Below, piece by piece: positions 10,363 through 19,959 of a stretch of 64,000 nt of DNA. Each line of letters starts with the position of its first letter. Positions within the stretch are counted from its first letter, which is position 1. This DNA is from an uncultured delta proteobacterium (GTDB lineage: Bacteria > Myxococcota_A > Polyangia > Polyangiales > JAFGIB01), in assembly GCA_963778655.1 (NCBI GenBank), contig CAVZVA010000010.1, forward strand, positions 96,001 through 160,000, in the 5' to 3' direction. The notes below the pieces were generated by a model, which was given only the letters and a program-made list of their open reading frames with translations, made no database searches and was not told where the DNA came from. Made by a program: the position numbers and the translations under genes.

Positions 10363-10758
10363 GTGGCTGCCAAGGACGGGTTCGGGCTGGGGCCGTTGGA
10401 GATGCAGGTGCTCGGCCTGCTCGAAGGTCACGAGCCGTTGAGCGTCTCGGCGCTTCAAGAGCGCCTGCTTCGATCCCACAACGATCTCGCCTACACCACG
10501 GTGATGACCGTGCTGTCGCGCCTACATGAAAAGGGCCTGGTCACGCGAAAGCGTGACGGCAAGCGCTATCTCTACGCCGTGGCGGGGCGCGCGTCCGAGC
10601 TCACCAGCGGCGTCGTGCAGCGCGTTCACCGCGCCCTTTTCAAGACCGCGCGTCTGGGTCCGATTGCCGCGTTGCTCGACGAGGACGAGCTTTCGACCGA
10701 TGAGCTGCGCGCGCTGCGGACGCTGGTCAACGCCAAGCTCAAGGAGCGCGGCCGATGA
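10363..10758 (+). CDS. BlaI/MecI/CopY family transcriptional repressor
   Basis: LGPLEMQVL...LAYTTVMTVLSRLHEKGLVTRKRDGKRYLY. Confidence 0.9.
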   Translation: MAAKDGFGLGPLEMQVLGLLEGHEPLSVSALQERLLRSHNDLAYTTVMTVLSRLHEKGLVTRKRDGKRYLYAVAGRASELTSGVVQRVHRALFKTARLGPIAALLDEDELSTDELRALRTLVNAKLKERGR

Positions 10759-11819
10759 ACGCGCTGGCGCCGATCGCTTTCAATCTGCTGGTCAACGCGA
10801 TCGGGTCATTCGTGCTCGCGCTCGGGCTGGTCTACGCCGCGTTGTGGTTGTTCCGCATCGGCCCCGGCACAGGCCGGCTCTCGCTGCTCTTGCTGCCGTG
10901 GCTGAAGGTGGTGTGGGATCTGAGCCACGGCATCCCGACCAATTCCTTCTTTTGGCTGAAGCTGCATGGCGCCGTGCAGAACCTCGGGTCTTTGCGGATA
11001 GGTTTCGGGGTGTCCGGTACCGGTCCCTGCATCCAGGCCGTGCTCGGCGGCCGCTTGGGCTCGACGTGGCATCCGCAGAGCGCAGCCGAGCTGCTCTCCA
11101 CCTTGCTTTCGCGCAAGCTCTCGCCCGCGGCGCCGCACGCAATCGCGTGTGGGTGGGTCGGCATCGCGCTGCTGCTATTGCTGGCGCGCGCTGTGGCAGC
11201 GGTGCGCTTTGCATTGCGCATGCGGCGCGTGCGAGCCGCGGCCAGCTTGGTCGAGGTACGGCGCAGCGGAGCGCGCGCTGTATGCGTCTACGTCAGCGGC
11301 GAGCACTGCGCCGTGCCGTTCGCCGCGGGCGTGCTCGAGCCGTACGTGATGTTCAGCCGCAGCGTGTACGACGCGCTCACTCCTGCCGCACGCGAAGCCG
11401 CGCTGCAGCACGAGCTGGCGCACGTGGCGCATCACGATGCCGCGCTGATCGCGCTGCTTCACGTGCTGTCCGACCTGCTGTGGTTCTTGCCTGGCCTGCG
11501 CCAGCTTCTCGCGCGCACGCGGGAAGAGATGGAGTTGCGGGCCGACGCGCGCGCAATCGCGCGCGGGGCTGCACCCGAGGCACTGGCGCATGCGCTGGTG
11601 TCGGTGGGCGAGATGCTGCATGCCCACGGTGCGCACGCCGGGCTCGGCCTGTTGCGCAGACGGCGCTTGCTCGCGCAGCGGGTCGAGCGCTTGGTCGGCG
11701 CAGGCACCGCCGACCCTGCGCCGCGCTTCGGCTACGGCGGCCGCGTCGGGCGCGTTCTGATCCTCGCATGCACGGTAGCACTCGTGCTGTCGTCACTGCT
11801 GCTCGGCAACCACGCCTGA
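10755..11819 (+). CDS. M56 family (BlaR1-like) membrane metallopeptidase, without a C-terminal sensor domain
   Basis: ATGA-coupled to the repressor gene; TM helices; QHELAHV and EMELRAD motifs. Confidence 0.85.
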   Translation: MNALAPIAFNLLVNAIGSFVLALGLVYAALWLFRIGPGTGRLSLLLLPWLKVVWDLSHGIPTNSFFWLKLHGAVQNLGSLRIGFGVSGTGPCIQAVLGGRLGSTWHPQSAAELLSTLLSRKLSPAAPHAIACGWVGIALLLLLARAVAAVRFALRMRRVRAAASLVEVRRSGARAVCVYVSGEHCAVPFAAGVLEPYVMFSRSVYDALTPAAREAALQHELAHVAHHDAALIALLHVLSDLLWFLPGLRQLLARTREEMELRADARAIARGAAPEALAHALVSVGEMLHAHGAHAGLGLLRRRRLLAQRVERLVGAGTADPAPRFGYGGRVGRVLILACTVALVLSSLLLGNHA

Positions 11820-11870
11820 CCTGAGCGGAGGCCGCGATGGTGCGACTTCCTCAGCTCGCTTTTGGACGCA

Positions 11871-11888
11871 TCTACTACCTATGTAGTA
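11871..11888 (+). promoter_or_regulatory. Second putative BlaI operator
   Basis: TCTACTACCTATGTAGTA contains CTAC-N7-GTAG, like the site at 10334. Confidence 0.5.
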
Positions 11889-11907
11889 AAAAAGACGGAA
11901 GAATCCG

Positions 11908-12411
11908 ATGCACCGAGACCATCCATCCTGTGCCGTCGCTTGCCGACAGCGTATGCAGCCGGCGGAGTCGGAACCGACTCGCGTCTGCGCTACTGCCACG
12001 AGCTTGCGCTTGCTCGCGGCGGCTCTCGCGCTCGCGCCGCTCGGCTGTGCCGCGCATTCGCCGCCCGCAGAGCGCGTCCGCTACGCGACCCTGCAACACG
12101 CGCCCCAACGCGGCCGCCTCAGGCTTCCGGTGATCTTGGAGTTCCAGCCCGGTGATCGCCTGGCGGTCGCGCTCAGCTTCAATGGCCAGATGTTCCGGCT
12201 CGAGCCGAGCGAGCCACCGCTCGAGCTGGTCGCCACACGTCACTGCTACGTGCGCATCGACCAGGACGGCTTCCGCACCAGCTTCGACGGCCGTGACTTC
12301 GACGCCAAGCCCGAGGCTCCCGGACGTTTCTTCGCCGGCTTCTCGAACACGCGGGATGGGACCCGCTTCGTGGTCACGGTGACCTCCCCCCGTCGGCGCG
12401 AGCCGAAGTGA
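11908..12411 (+). CDS. Hypothetical lipoprotein
   Basis: LAPLGC lipobox and a compact beta-rich domain; start codon uncertain. Confidence 0.6.
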   Translation: MHRDHPSCAVACRQRMQPAESEPTRVCATATSLRLLAAALALAPLGCAAHSPPAERVRYATLQHAPQRGRLRLPVILEFQPGDRLAVALSFNGQMFRLEPSEPPLELVATRHCYVRIDQDGFRTSFDGRDFDAKPEAPGRFFAGFSNTRDGTRFVVTVTSPRRREPK

Positions 12412-12539
12412 GAGCACGCCGACACCTGATCGCGGAAAGGTCGAGTCCAGCGCGGGCGTAGCGCGCTGCAGCGTTGCACCGTCGCCCTCGCACCCGGCCT
12501 CCCCTTGGCGTCGTGCCCCATGGGCCCCACAGTCACCTC

Positions 12540-14006
12540 ATGCCCTTCGCGTTCGACCACAGCTACGCACGGCTACCGGAGCGCTTCTATGCGCGTGTCC
12601 GCCCCACGCCGGTGTCCGACCCCCGGCTGCTCGCCTACAACGCGCCCCTGGCGCACCTGCTCGGGCTCAGGGGCGAGGAGCTCTCTGCCGTCGACCGGGT
12701 GCAGGCGCTCGCAGGCAACCAGCTGCCCGAGGGCGCCGAGCCACTCGCGCTCGCCTATGCGGGCCACCAGTTCGGCGGCTTCGTGCCGCAGCTCGGGGAC
12801 GGCCGCGCGATCCTGCTGGGCGAAGTGGTAGGCCGCGACGGCGTGCGCCGCGACCTCCAGCTGAAAGGCGCGGGCCGAACACCCTTCTCGCGCGGCGGTG
12901 ACGGCCGCGCGGCGCTGGGCCCGGTGCTGCGCGAGTACCTGGTGAGCGAGGCGATGGCGGCGCTCGGCGTCCCCACCACGCGCGCGCTCGCGGCGGTCGC
13001 CACGGGCGACTGGGTGCATCGCGAGCAGCCGCTGCCCGGAGCGGTTCTCACGCGCGTGGCGAGCAGCCACCTGCGCGTCGGAAGCTTCGAGTACTTCGCC
13101 GCGCGCGACGACCACGACGCGCTCGCGCGGCTCACCGACTACGCGCTCGCGCGCCACTATCCCGACGCCCCACGCCCGCACGGCGCCGCGCTTGCGCTGC
13201 TCGACTCGGTGATGAACGCGCAGGCCCGGCTCGTCGCGCGCTGGCTCGCGCTCGGCTTCGTCCACGGAGTGATGAACACCGACAACACCTCGATCGCCGG
13301 CGAGACGCTCGACTACGGTCCCTGCGCGTTCCTCGACGCGTTCGACCCCACGCGGACCTTCAGCTCGATCGACGAGGGCGGCCGCTACGCGTTCGGCAAT
13401 CAGCCGCGCATCGCGCTGTGGAACCTCGCTCGCCTCGGCGAAGCGCTGCTGCCGCTGATCGACACCCAGCAGACGCGCGCGATCGAGGCCGCGACCGCCG
13501 TGCTCGACGGCTTTCCGGCGCGCTTCGAGGCCGCCTACGCGGCGCTGCAGCGAAAGAAGCTCGGTCTCCGCAACGAGCAGAGCGGCGACGACGCGCTCGC
13601 GCAGGGACTGCTGTCGTGCATGGCGGAGCAGCGCGCCGACTACACGCTGTGCTTCCGCCGCCTCGCCGACGTCGCCGGCGGTGCCGACCCGGCGCTGCTC
13701 GCCACGCTGTTCGCCGACGACACGGGCTTGACGCGCTGGCTCGCAAGCTGGCACGCGCGACTGCGCGACGAGCCCGGCACGCGGGGCGAGCGCGCGGCGG
13801 CGATGCGTGCGGCGAGCCCGGCGTTCATCCCACGCAACCACCGCGTCGAGCAGATGATCGCGGCCGCGCTCGCGGGCGATCTCGGCCCCTTCGAGCACCT
13901 GCAGCGCGTGCTCTCGCGCCCCTACGAAGATCAGCCCGACGCCGCCGATCTGGCCGAGCCCCCGGGCGAGGAGCAGTGGCACTACCGCACGTTCTGCGGG
14001 ACCTAA
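12540..14006 (+). CDS. selO: Protein adenylyltransferase SelO (YdiU family)
   Basis: YAGHQFG, QLGDGRA, QLKGAGRTPFSRGGDGRA, HGVMNTDN, DYGP, PRNH and C-terminal TFCGT. Confidence 0.95.
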   Translation: MPFAFDHSYARLPERFYARVRPTPVSDPRLLAYNAPLAHLLGLRGEELSAVDRVQALAGNQLPEGAEPLALAYAGHQFGGFVPQLGDGRAILLGEVVGRDGVRRDLQLKGAGRTPFSRGGDGRAALGPVLREYLVSEAMAALGVPTTRALAAVATGDWVHREQPLPGAVLTRVASSHLRVGSFEYFAARDDHDALARLTDYALARHYPDAPRPHGAALALLDSVMNAQARLVARWLALGFVHGVMNTDNTSIAGETLDYGPCAFLDAFDPTRTFSSIDEGGRYAFGNQPRIALWNLARLGEALLPLIDTQQTRAIEAATAVLDGFPARFEAAYAALQRKKLGLRNEQSGDDALAQGLLSCMAEQRADYTLCFRRLADVAGGADPALLATLFADDTGLTRWLASWHARLRDEPGTRGERAAAMRAASPAFIPRNHRVEQMIAAALAGDLGPFEHLQRVLSRPYEDQPDAADLAEPPGEEQWHYRTFCGT

Positions 14007-14049
14007 ATCAGAGCTCGCGATTCGGGATCGAAGCACAAACTCTGATTTC

Positions 14050-14260
14050 TGCTTTGATTGTCAGGGAGTCGCGCCGACTCCCTGTGCGCGAGCCAAAGCC
14101 TCGCGCATTCACCCTCTCGCGGTGGTGCCGCATCCGCCGCACCGCTAAATGACCGATCGGCGCGCAGCGACAGCGCCTCGACCAGGACCAAAGGAGGAGG
14201 CGCCGGTGGCGGAAATCGACGGCGCTCGCTCGAGCCCGCCGACTCACGACAATCAGAGAC
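14050..14260. repeat. Nested palindromic REP/MITE-like intergenic element
   Basis: Perfect stem CAGGGAGTCG/CGACTCCCTG, stems GCGCGAG/CTCGCGC and GCGGTG/CACCGC, enclosed by TGATTGTC/GACAATCA. Confidence 0.55.
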
Positions 14261-14373
14261 ACCGGCGCCACTCAAGCCGGATCGAGGCTGACAATTCTAC
14301 GGAATCGTGTCATGACCTCGGTGCGATGAAGGAAGCGGCCCGGAAGCCCGGCGGCGCGCGAGGAGGCGATGAC

Positions 14374-15615
14374 ATGTCCGCGATGGGTAGTGTCTCGAAA
14401 CCCGTGAAGATCCCCGCGCAGAACGTCGCTCGAATGCGCGAGTTCCTGCAGCGGAGTGTCGAGGATGGCTACTTCGCGGGAGTTACGTCCTGCGCGGTAC
14501 AACACGGCGAGCTGCTGCAGCGCGACGCCTTCGGAATGCGCGACGTCGCGGACGGCCTCCCGATGACGACCGACACGATCTTTCGCATCGCCTCATCGAC
14601 CAAGCCGATCATCGCCGCCGCGATGCTTGCGCTCCACGAAGAGGGGCGCTGGAAGCTCGACGACCCGCTCGTGAAGTTCATTCCCGAATTCGCCGACCTC
14701 AAGGTGCGGCTGAAGGACGGATCGCTTGTCCCGCCGTCACAGCCGATGCTGATGCGCCACCTGATGAGCCACGGCATCGGCTTTTCACTCGCGGCTCGCC
14801 GCGCAGAAGGCGCCCAGGGGCCTGCGGCCGAAGGTGGCACGCCAACGGGACGGGCGCTGCTGAGTCGCATGCGCGGGGATCTTCAGACGCTCATCTCCAG
14901 CCTGAGCGACGAGCCGCTGCTGTTCCACCCAGGCAAGCGCTTCCTCTACGGCATGTGCTGCGACGTGCAGGGCTACGTCATCGAGAAGCTCTCCGGCCAG
15001 ACGCTCGATCGCTTCCTCGACGAGCGCATCTTCACGCCGCTCGGCATGCGCGACACCGGCTTCTGGGTCCCACGCGAGAAGTGCGACCGGATGGCTTCGC
15101 TGTACCAGTACGAGGGCGGCGCGCTCACCCTCGTCAACAAGCCCGACCCGGAGCGCTCTTCGCGGCGGCCGAGCTTCCTTTCCGGTGGCGGCGGGCTGTG
15201 GTCGACGCCCGACGACTACGAGCGCTTCTGTCGGATGCTGCTGGACGAGGGGGCGAGCCCTGGCGGACGCGTATTGCGGCCAGAGAGCGTGCGGCTGATG
15301 CGCAGCGACCTGCTCGAGCCGCAGGTCTACGTTCAGGTCGTGCGCGGCTACAAGCTTCCGGGCGCGCGCTTCGGCATGAACGTGTCGGTGATCACCGAGC
15401 CGCAGGGGGACAACACGATGTACGGCGAAAACAGCTACAGCTGGGGCGGCGCGTTCGGCACGTATTTCTGGATCGACCCGACCAATCAGCTGTTCGTCTC
15501 CGGCATGATGCAGATCATGAACGGCGGCTCCCAGCACCTTGGCGCCGAGGTCGAGTATCCGGACCTCAAGAAGGTCTCGGCGCAGCTGCTCTACCAGGGC
15601 GCCGAGCGCGCGTGA
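14374..15615 (+). CDS. Serine hydrolase, beta-lactamase (class C/esterase) family
   Basis: FRIASSTK (SxxK), LFHPGKRFLYG, LGMRDTGF, GGGGLWST and WGGAFGT; AGGAGG RBS. Confidence 0.9.
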   Translation: MSAMGSVSKPVKIPAQNVARMREFLQRSVEDGYFAGVTSCAVQHGELLQRDAFGMRDVADGLPMTTDTIFRIASSTKPIIAAAMLALHEEGRWKLDDPLVKFIPEFADLKVRLKDGSLVPPSQPMLMRHLMSHGIGFSLAARRAEGAQGPAAEGGTPTGRALLSRMRGDLQTLISSLSDEPLLFHPGKRFLYGMCCDVQGYVIEKLSGQTLDRFLDERIFTPLGMRDTGFWVPREKCDRMASLYQYEGGALTLVNKPDPERSSRRPSFLSGGGGLWSTPDDYERFCRMLLDEGASPGGRVLRPESVRLMRSDLLEPQVYVQVVRGYKLPGARFGMNVSVITEPQGDNTMYGENSYSWGGAFGTYFWIDPTNQLFVSGMMQIMNGGSQHLGAEVEYPDLKKVSAQLLYQGAERA

Positions 15616-15685
15616 GCCAGCGGGACCGGGATAGTGACGGGACCGCACGGCGCACGGACGCGCTCGCTCGTGTTATGTCAGGGGC

Positions 15686-16453
15686 ATGACCGAATACCGC
15701 GTGCAAGTCGCAGACGGCGTGAGCCTGCGGGCCGCGCTGGACGGCAACCCGGACAGCCCGCCGCTCGCGCTCGTCAACGGCGCGTTCTTGAACCTGCATT
15801 CGTGGACCCCAGTGATCGAGGCTCTCAGCGCGCGCTTCCGCGTGCTGCGCCACGACTGGCGCGGCACGGGCGCTTCCGACAAGGGCCCGCGTGCAAGCTA
15901 CGGCTTTCCACAATACGCCGACGACCTGCTCGCGCTGCTCGGTCACTTCGGCATGAAGCGGCCGCTCGTGTGTGGCATGGCCTACGGCGCGCGCACGGCG
16001 GCGCGCTTCGCGCTGCGGCACCCGGAACGCTTGTCCTTGCTCGCACTCTACGACGTCTCGCTCGATCAGCCGGTCGACCAAGCGCTGCAGGCCAGGGGCA
16101 ATCAGGAGGCGTACCGCCTGCGCGAGCAGGCCGGGCTCGTCTCGCCACGCAGCGACCCCGCATGGCGAGAACACGCCGACCCGCGCGAAGCGCTGCGCAC
16201 GATGACGGCCCACCGCGATCAGCCGGACCCGACGCCCGAGCTCGCGCAGGTCACGCAGCCCACGCTCGTCGCATGCGGCCGCCAGGACGTCAACCTCGGC
16301 GAGGCCCAACGCATCGCGTCCATCTTGCCGCACGCCGAGCTGCGCATCATGGAGATGACCGGCCACGGCTCGGTGCTGAGCCGACCCGACCTCCTCGTCG
16401 AGCTGCTCGTAGACTTCGCGGAGCGGCACGGGTACCTGGCGGCTCCACGCTAG
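15686..16453 (+). CDS. Alpha/beta hydrolase-fold protein (enol-lactonase-like) with Ala at the nucleophile position
   Basis: DWRGTGAS, GMAYG in place of GxSxG, PTLVACGRQD and GHGS. Confidence 0.8.
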   Translation: MTEYRVQVADGVSLRAALDGNPDSPPLALVNGAFLNLHSWTPVIEALSARFRVLRHDWRGTGASDKGPRASYGFPQYADDLLALLGHFGMKRPLVCGMAYGARTAARFALRHPERLSLLALYDVSLDQPVDQALQARGNQEAYRLREQAGLVSPRSDPAWREHADPREALRTMTAHRDQPDPTPELAQVTQPTLVACGRQDVNLGEAQRIASILPHAELRIMEMTGHGSVLSRPDLLVELLVDFAERHGYLAAPR

Positions 16454-16559
16454 CCTGCTCGGCCGCTTGCTCCTTCGCCGCGTACCGGCTAGCCGCGGTT
16501 GGCACGGGGTGCGGTCGTGCTCGCCGACACACTCAGCGGGCTCTTTCCGGCATCGCAAC

Positions 16560-16577
16560 GCTCGCAATATTGCGAGC
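16560..16577. promoter_or_regulatory. Perfect 18-bp palindrome, candidate operator
   Basis: GCTCGCAATATTGCGAGC, about 38 bp upstream of the acyl-CoA synthetase start. Confidence 0.45.
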
Positions 16578-16614
16578 TCGCACTTAGCATCACGGGTGAG
16601 CGAGGAGGCGTAGC

Positions 16615-18183
16615 ATGTCGCAAGTTCAGAGTGACCCGGCATACCGTGAAGCCGTCAGGACCGGGACGTACGTGGGGTATTGGGCAGCGCGCTCGCCCAA
16701 CGTACCTGCTGTGATCGGCAAACAAGGCCGCCTGAGCTTTGGCGAGCTCAATGCGCGCAGCAACCGCTTCGCCCGACTGCTGCGCGACCGCGGCATGAAG
16801 CCGGGCGACAACTTGGCGCTGCTTTGCCACAACTGCTTCGAGTTCGTCGAAACAGCGATGGCGACACGTCGCATCGGCGTGCGGCTGACGCCGATCAACT
16901 TTCACCTTGGTGCGGACGAGGTGGCGTACATCCTGCGGGATTGCGACGCCAAGGTGTTCGTGTCCGCAGCGCGCTTTGCTGATGTGGCCGCGCGCGCGTC
17001 GCAAGGCATTGCCGAGCTCCACACGCGCATCGCGCTGGACGGCGACATCGCCGGGTTCGAACGCTTTGGGCCGCTGCTCGAAACGTACTCCAGCGCCGAC
17101 CTTCCCGATCCCGTGCTCGGCGTCAGCATGCTGTATACGTCGGGCTCGACCGGCAAGCCCAAGGGTGTCGCGCGTCCGTCTGCGCCGCCTGGCGCCGTGA
17201 CGTCGCGGATCTCCCGCGGGGAGTATCGCGCCGGCGAGGATCTGCACCTGTGCACCGGGCCGCTCTATCACGCTGCGCCGCTCGCCTACTCGCTGATCAT
17301 GCCGCTGCTGGCCGGCGCCGGTGTCGTGTTGATGGACGGCTGGGATCCCGAGCGTTCGCTTGCTCTGATCGAAGAACACGGCATCACCCACACGCACATG
17401 GTGCCAACCATGTTCCATCGGCTGCTCGCATTGCCTGAAGAGCGACGCAAAGCTTTCAAAACATCGAGCTTGCGGTACCTGCTGCACGGCGCAGCGCCGT
17501 GTCCCGTCGACGTGAAGCGTGCGCTGATCGAATGGTTGGGTCCCGTCGTGGTCGAATACTACGGGGCGACCGAGGGCACCGGCACGTTCGTCGACAGCGA
17601 GACCTGGCTCCGCAAACCGGGCACGGTGGGACGGCCCGAACCCCGAGATCAGATCAAGATCCTGGACGATAGTGGCGCGGAGCTGCCGCCGGACGCAGTG
17701 GGAACCGTGTATCTGAAGTCCCCTGCCGCGACGCGCTTCACCTATCACAAGGATGCCGAGAAGACCCAAGGGGCGTTTCGCGGCGACTACTTCACCGTGG
17801 GCGACGTCGGCTATCTGGATGCCGATGGCTATCTGTTCCTTACGGACCGCAGCGCGAATCTCATCATCTCGGGCGGAGTCAACATTTACCCGGCTGAATG
17901 TGACGCGGTGCTGCTAACCCACCCTGCGGTGCACGACGTCGCGGTCATCGGAGTGCCCAACCCGGAGTGGGGCGAAGAGGTCAAAGCAGTCGTCGAGCTC
18001 AGGCCTGGCTATGCGCCCGGCACCGAGCTCGAGCACGAGCTGATCGAGCACTGTCGAGCCCGGCTCGCGCACTACAAGTGTCCTCGCAGCGTGGACTTCG
18101 TCACGAACCTTCCGCGTTATGACAGCGGGAAGCTGTCAAAGCACGCCCTGCGCGAGAGCTACCGCCGCGTCACGCAATCGTGA
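16615..18183 (+). CDS. Long-chain acyl-CoA synthetase (AMP-binding)
   Basis: [36 protein letters not shown] and SGKL. Confidence 0.93.
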   Translation: MSQVQSDPAYREAVRTGTYVGYWAARSPNVPAVIGKQGRLSFGELNARSNRFARLLRDRGMKPGDNLALLCHNCFEFVETAMATRRIGVRLTPINFHLGADEVAYILRDCDAKVFVSAARFADVAARASQGIAELHTRIALDGDIAGFERFGPLLETYSSADLPDPVLGVSMLYTSGSTGKPKGVARPSAPPGAVTSRISRGEYRAGEDLHLCTGPLYHAAPLAYSLIMPLLAGAGVVLMDGWDPERSLALIEEHGITHTHMVPTMFHRLLALPEERRKAFKTSSLRYLLHGAAPCPVDVKRALIEWLGPVVVEYYGATEGTGTFVDSETWLRKPGTVGRPEPRDQIKILDDSGAELPPDAVGTVYLKSPAATRFTYHKDAEKTQGAFRGDYFTVGDVGYLDADGYLFLTDRSANLIISGGVNIYPAECDAVLLTHPAVHDVAVIGVPNPEWGEEVKAVVELRPGYAPGTELEHELIEHCRARLAHYKCPRSVDFVTNLPRYDSGKLSKHALRESYRRVTQS

Positions 18184-18319
18184 GGCTTTGCTAACTGACC
18201 GATCACGATTCGGGAACGGCCATGCCGACTTCCTCTTCGGCTTCCTGCGCAGCTTTTTTCGAGGCCGCCAGGCCCTGTTGCTGGGGGCCTCGCGCTGCGT
18301 CAGCAACTCGCCGCACAAA

Positions 18320-18720
18320 GCTCTTCGCTTGCGACTTCATGACGCAGTACACCGCACTGTTTACGACCGTGTATGTGTTCATCGTGATGGAGGTCAGCAC
18401 GCGTCGCATCGCGCACTTCAACGTGACGACCAACCCGACGATGGACTGGGTGAAGAACCAGATTCGCGATATCGCTGCCTTCGATCGCAAGCCGCGATTT
18501 CTTCTCCACGACAACGACGGCATCTTCGGGCAATTCGGCCGGCTGCGAGACGGCTTCCGCTGTCAGCTCGACCGCTGGCTCGCGACGACGATGGCCATCG
18601 AAGGCCTGCCCACACCGTACGGCGATCCGAATGCGAATCCGCACATCGAGAGATTTCATCGCACGCTGCCTCAGGATGCGCTCAACCATTTCATTTTCCT
18701 GAACGCCGGACACGTTGGGC
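18320..18720 (+). mobile_element. Integrase-core (rve, IS481/ISNCY-like) transposase remnant
   Basis: ACDFMTQYT...YVFIVME...RFLLHDNDGIFG...PNANPHIERFHRTL. Confidence 0.8.
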
Positions 18721-18961
18721 GGGTTTCATGGCCTTTGGACAGCTCTCAGCCGGCCTACGGGAGGCCGTGTGAGTCTTCAGTTGGGCTGCATTGGCGAGGC
18801 TGCAAGCTCGGGTTGGTAGCGGCGCGATGGCGACCAGCCGGCCCTGTTGGTGACACCTCATCCCATCTGGGTCCGGCGCCCTCGACGTGAGCATGTGCTC
18901 ACGCACCAAAATTGACACTGCTACGGGTGGGCCTCGGCTGGCTATCCATAAGCTAGAGCCG

Positions 18962-19959
18962 ATGAACGCAGCCCTCCTGATCCACGCCATCGTGCGCCAG
19001 ACCACTGTGCTGATCGCGGTGCTGGCTACCGCATCGGGTCAACGCGCACAGCTCTCCTCGATTGCGAGCCTGGTGTTCGCGGATCTGGTGCGCGAGCTGC
19101 GCGAGCAAGGTCTCGCCAACACGGTGATCGCCGACATGTTCGGGATGGCGCTGCGCACCTATCAGCGCAAGGTCGCGCGCTTGAGCACGAGCCACACGCC
19201 CAGGGCCGGTCACTGTGGGAGGCGGTGCTTACACACATCCAGCACAACGGGCCGCTGCAACGCAGCGAGCTGCTCCGGCGCTACGCGCGCGACGACGAAG
19301 CCACGCTGCGCGCGGTCATCCTGGACCTCGCGGACTCTGGGCTGGTGCGCATCGAGGGAAGCGACGACGCCACCCGCCTCGTCGCCGTGGAAGCCGTGCA
19401 GCCGGACATGGACCCCAGAACGCTCGACGCCATGCTGCTCGTAGCGCCGTAGCGCAGTGGGCCGTTCGACCCGGCAGCGCTGGCCGAGCTACTGCGGGCG
19501 GAGCCAGGCGAGCTCGAAGCGGCGCTTGCGCGCCTGGTGCGCGAGGGCCTGGCGACGGAGCAAACCCGTGACGGCGTCACGCGCTATGGTTGCGAGCGCT
19601 GCGTAATCGAGTTTGGCGACGAGGCCGGTTGGGAGGCGGCCGTCTTCGATCACTACCAGGCCATGGTCGTGGCGCTCGCGAGCAAGTTGCACGCGGGGAC
19701 GCGTCGCGCCGATCTGGGCGACAGCGTCGGTGGTAGCACGTTCGTGTTTGACCTCTGGCGTGGACGCCCCATGCAGGCCGAGGTGCTCGGGTACCTCAGG
19801 TCCGTGCGCGAGCACGGAATCGCGCTGCGCAAGGCGCTCGAGCTGCACAACGCGCGCTCACCGATGCCCCGAGGTGCCGCGGCGCTCCGCGTCCCCGCCT
19901 GCGTGGGGCAAGGGGTGACCGAATCGGAAGGAGACGAAGATGCGCAAACGCTGGAGTGA
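18962..19959 (+). pseudogene. Disrupted myxobacterial HTH-type hypothetical protein
   Basis: LIHAIVRQTTVLIA...IADMFGMALRTYQRKV; frameshift near 19200; in-frame TAG at 19450; continues GWEAAVFDHYQAMV...GGSTFVFDLW. Confidence 0.7.

Noticed and set aside
12540..14006. Selenocysteine in SelO
   Set aside because: The ORF ends TFCGT-TAA with no in-frame TGA.
19450..19452. Programmed TAG readthrough (pyrrolysine)
   Set aside because: The same gene also has a frameshift and no pyl genes are visible; a nonsense mutation is simpler.
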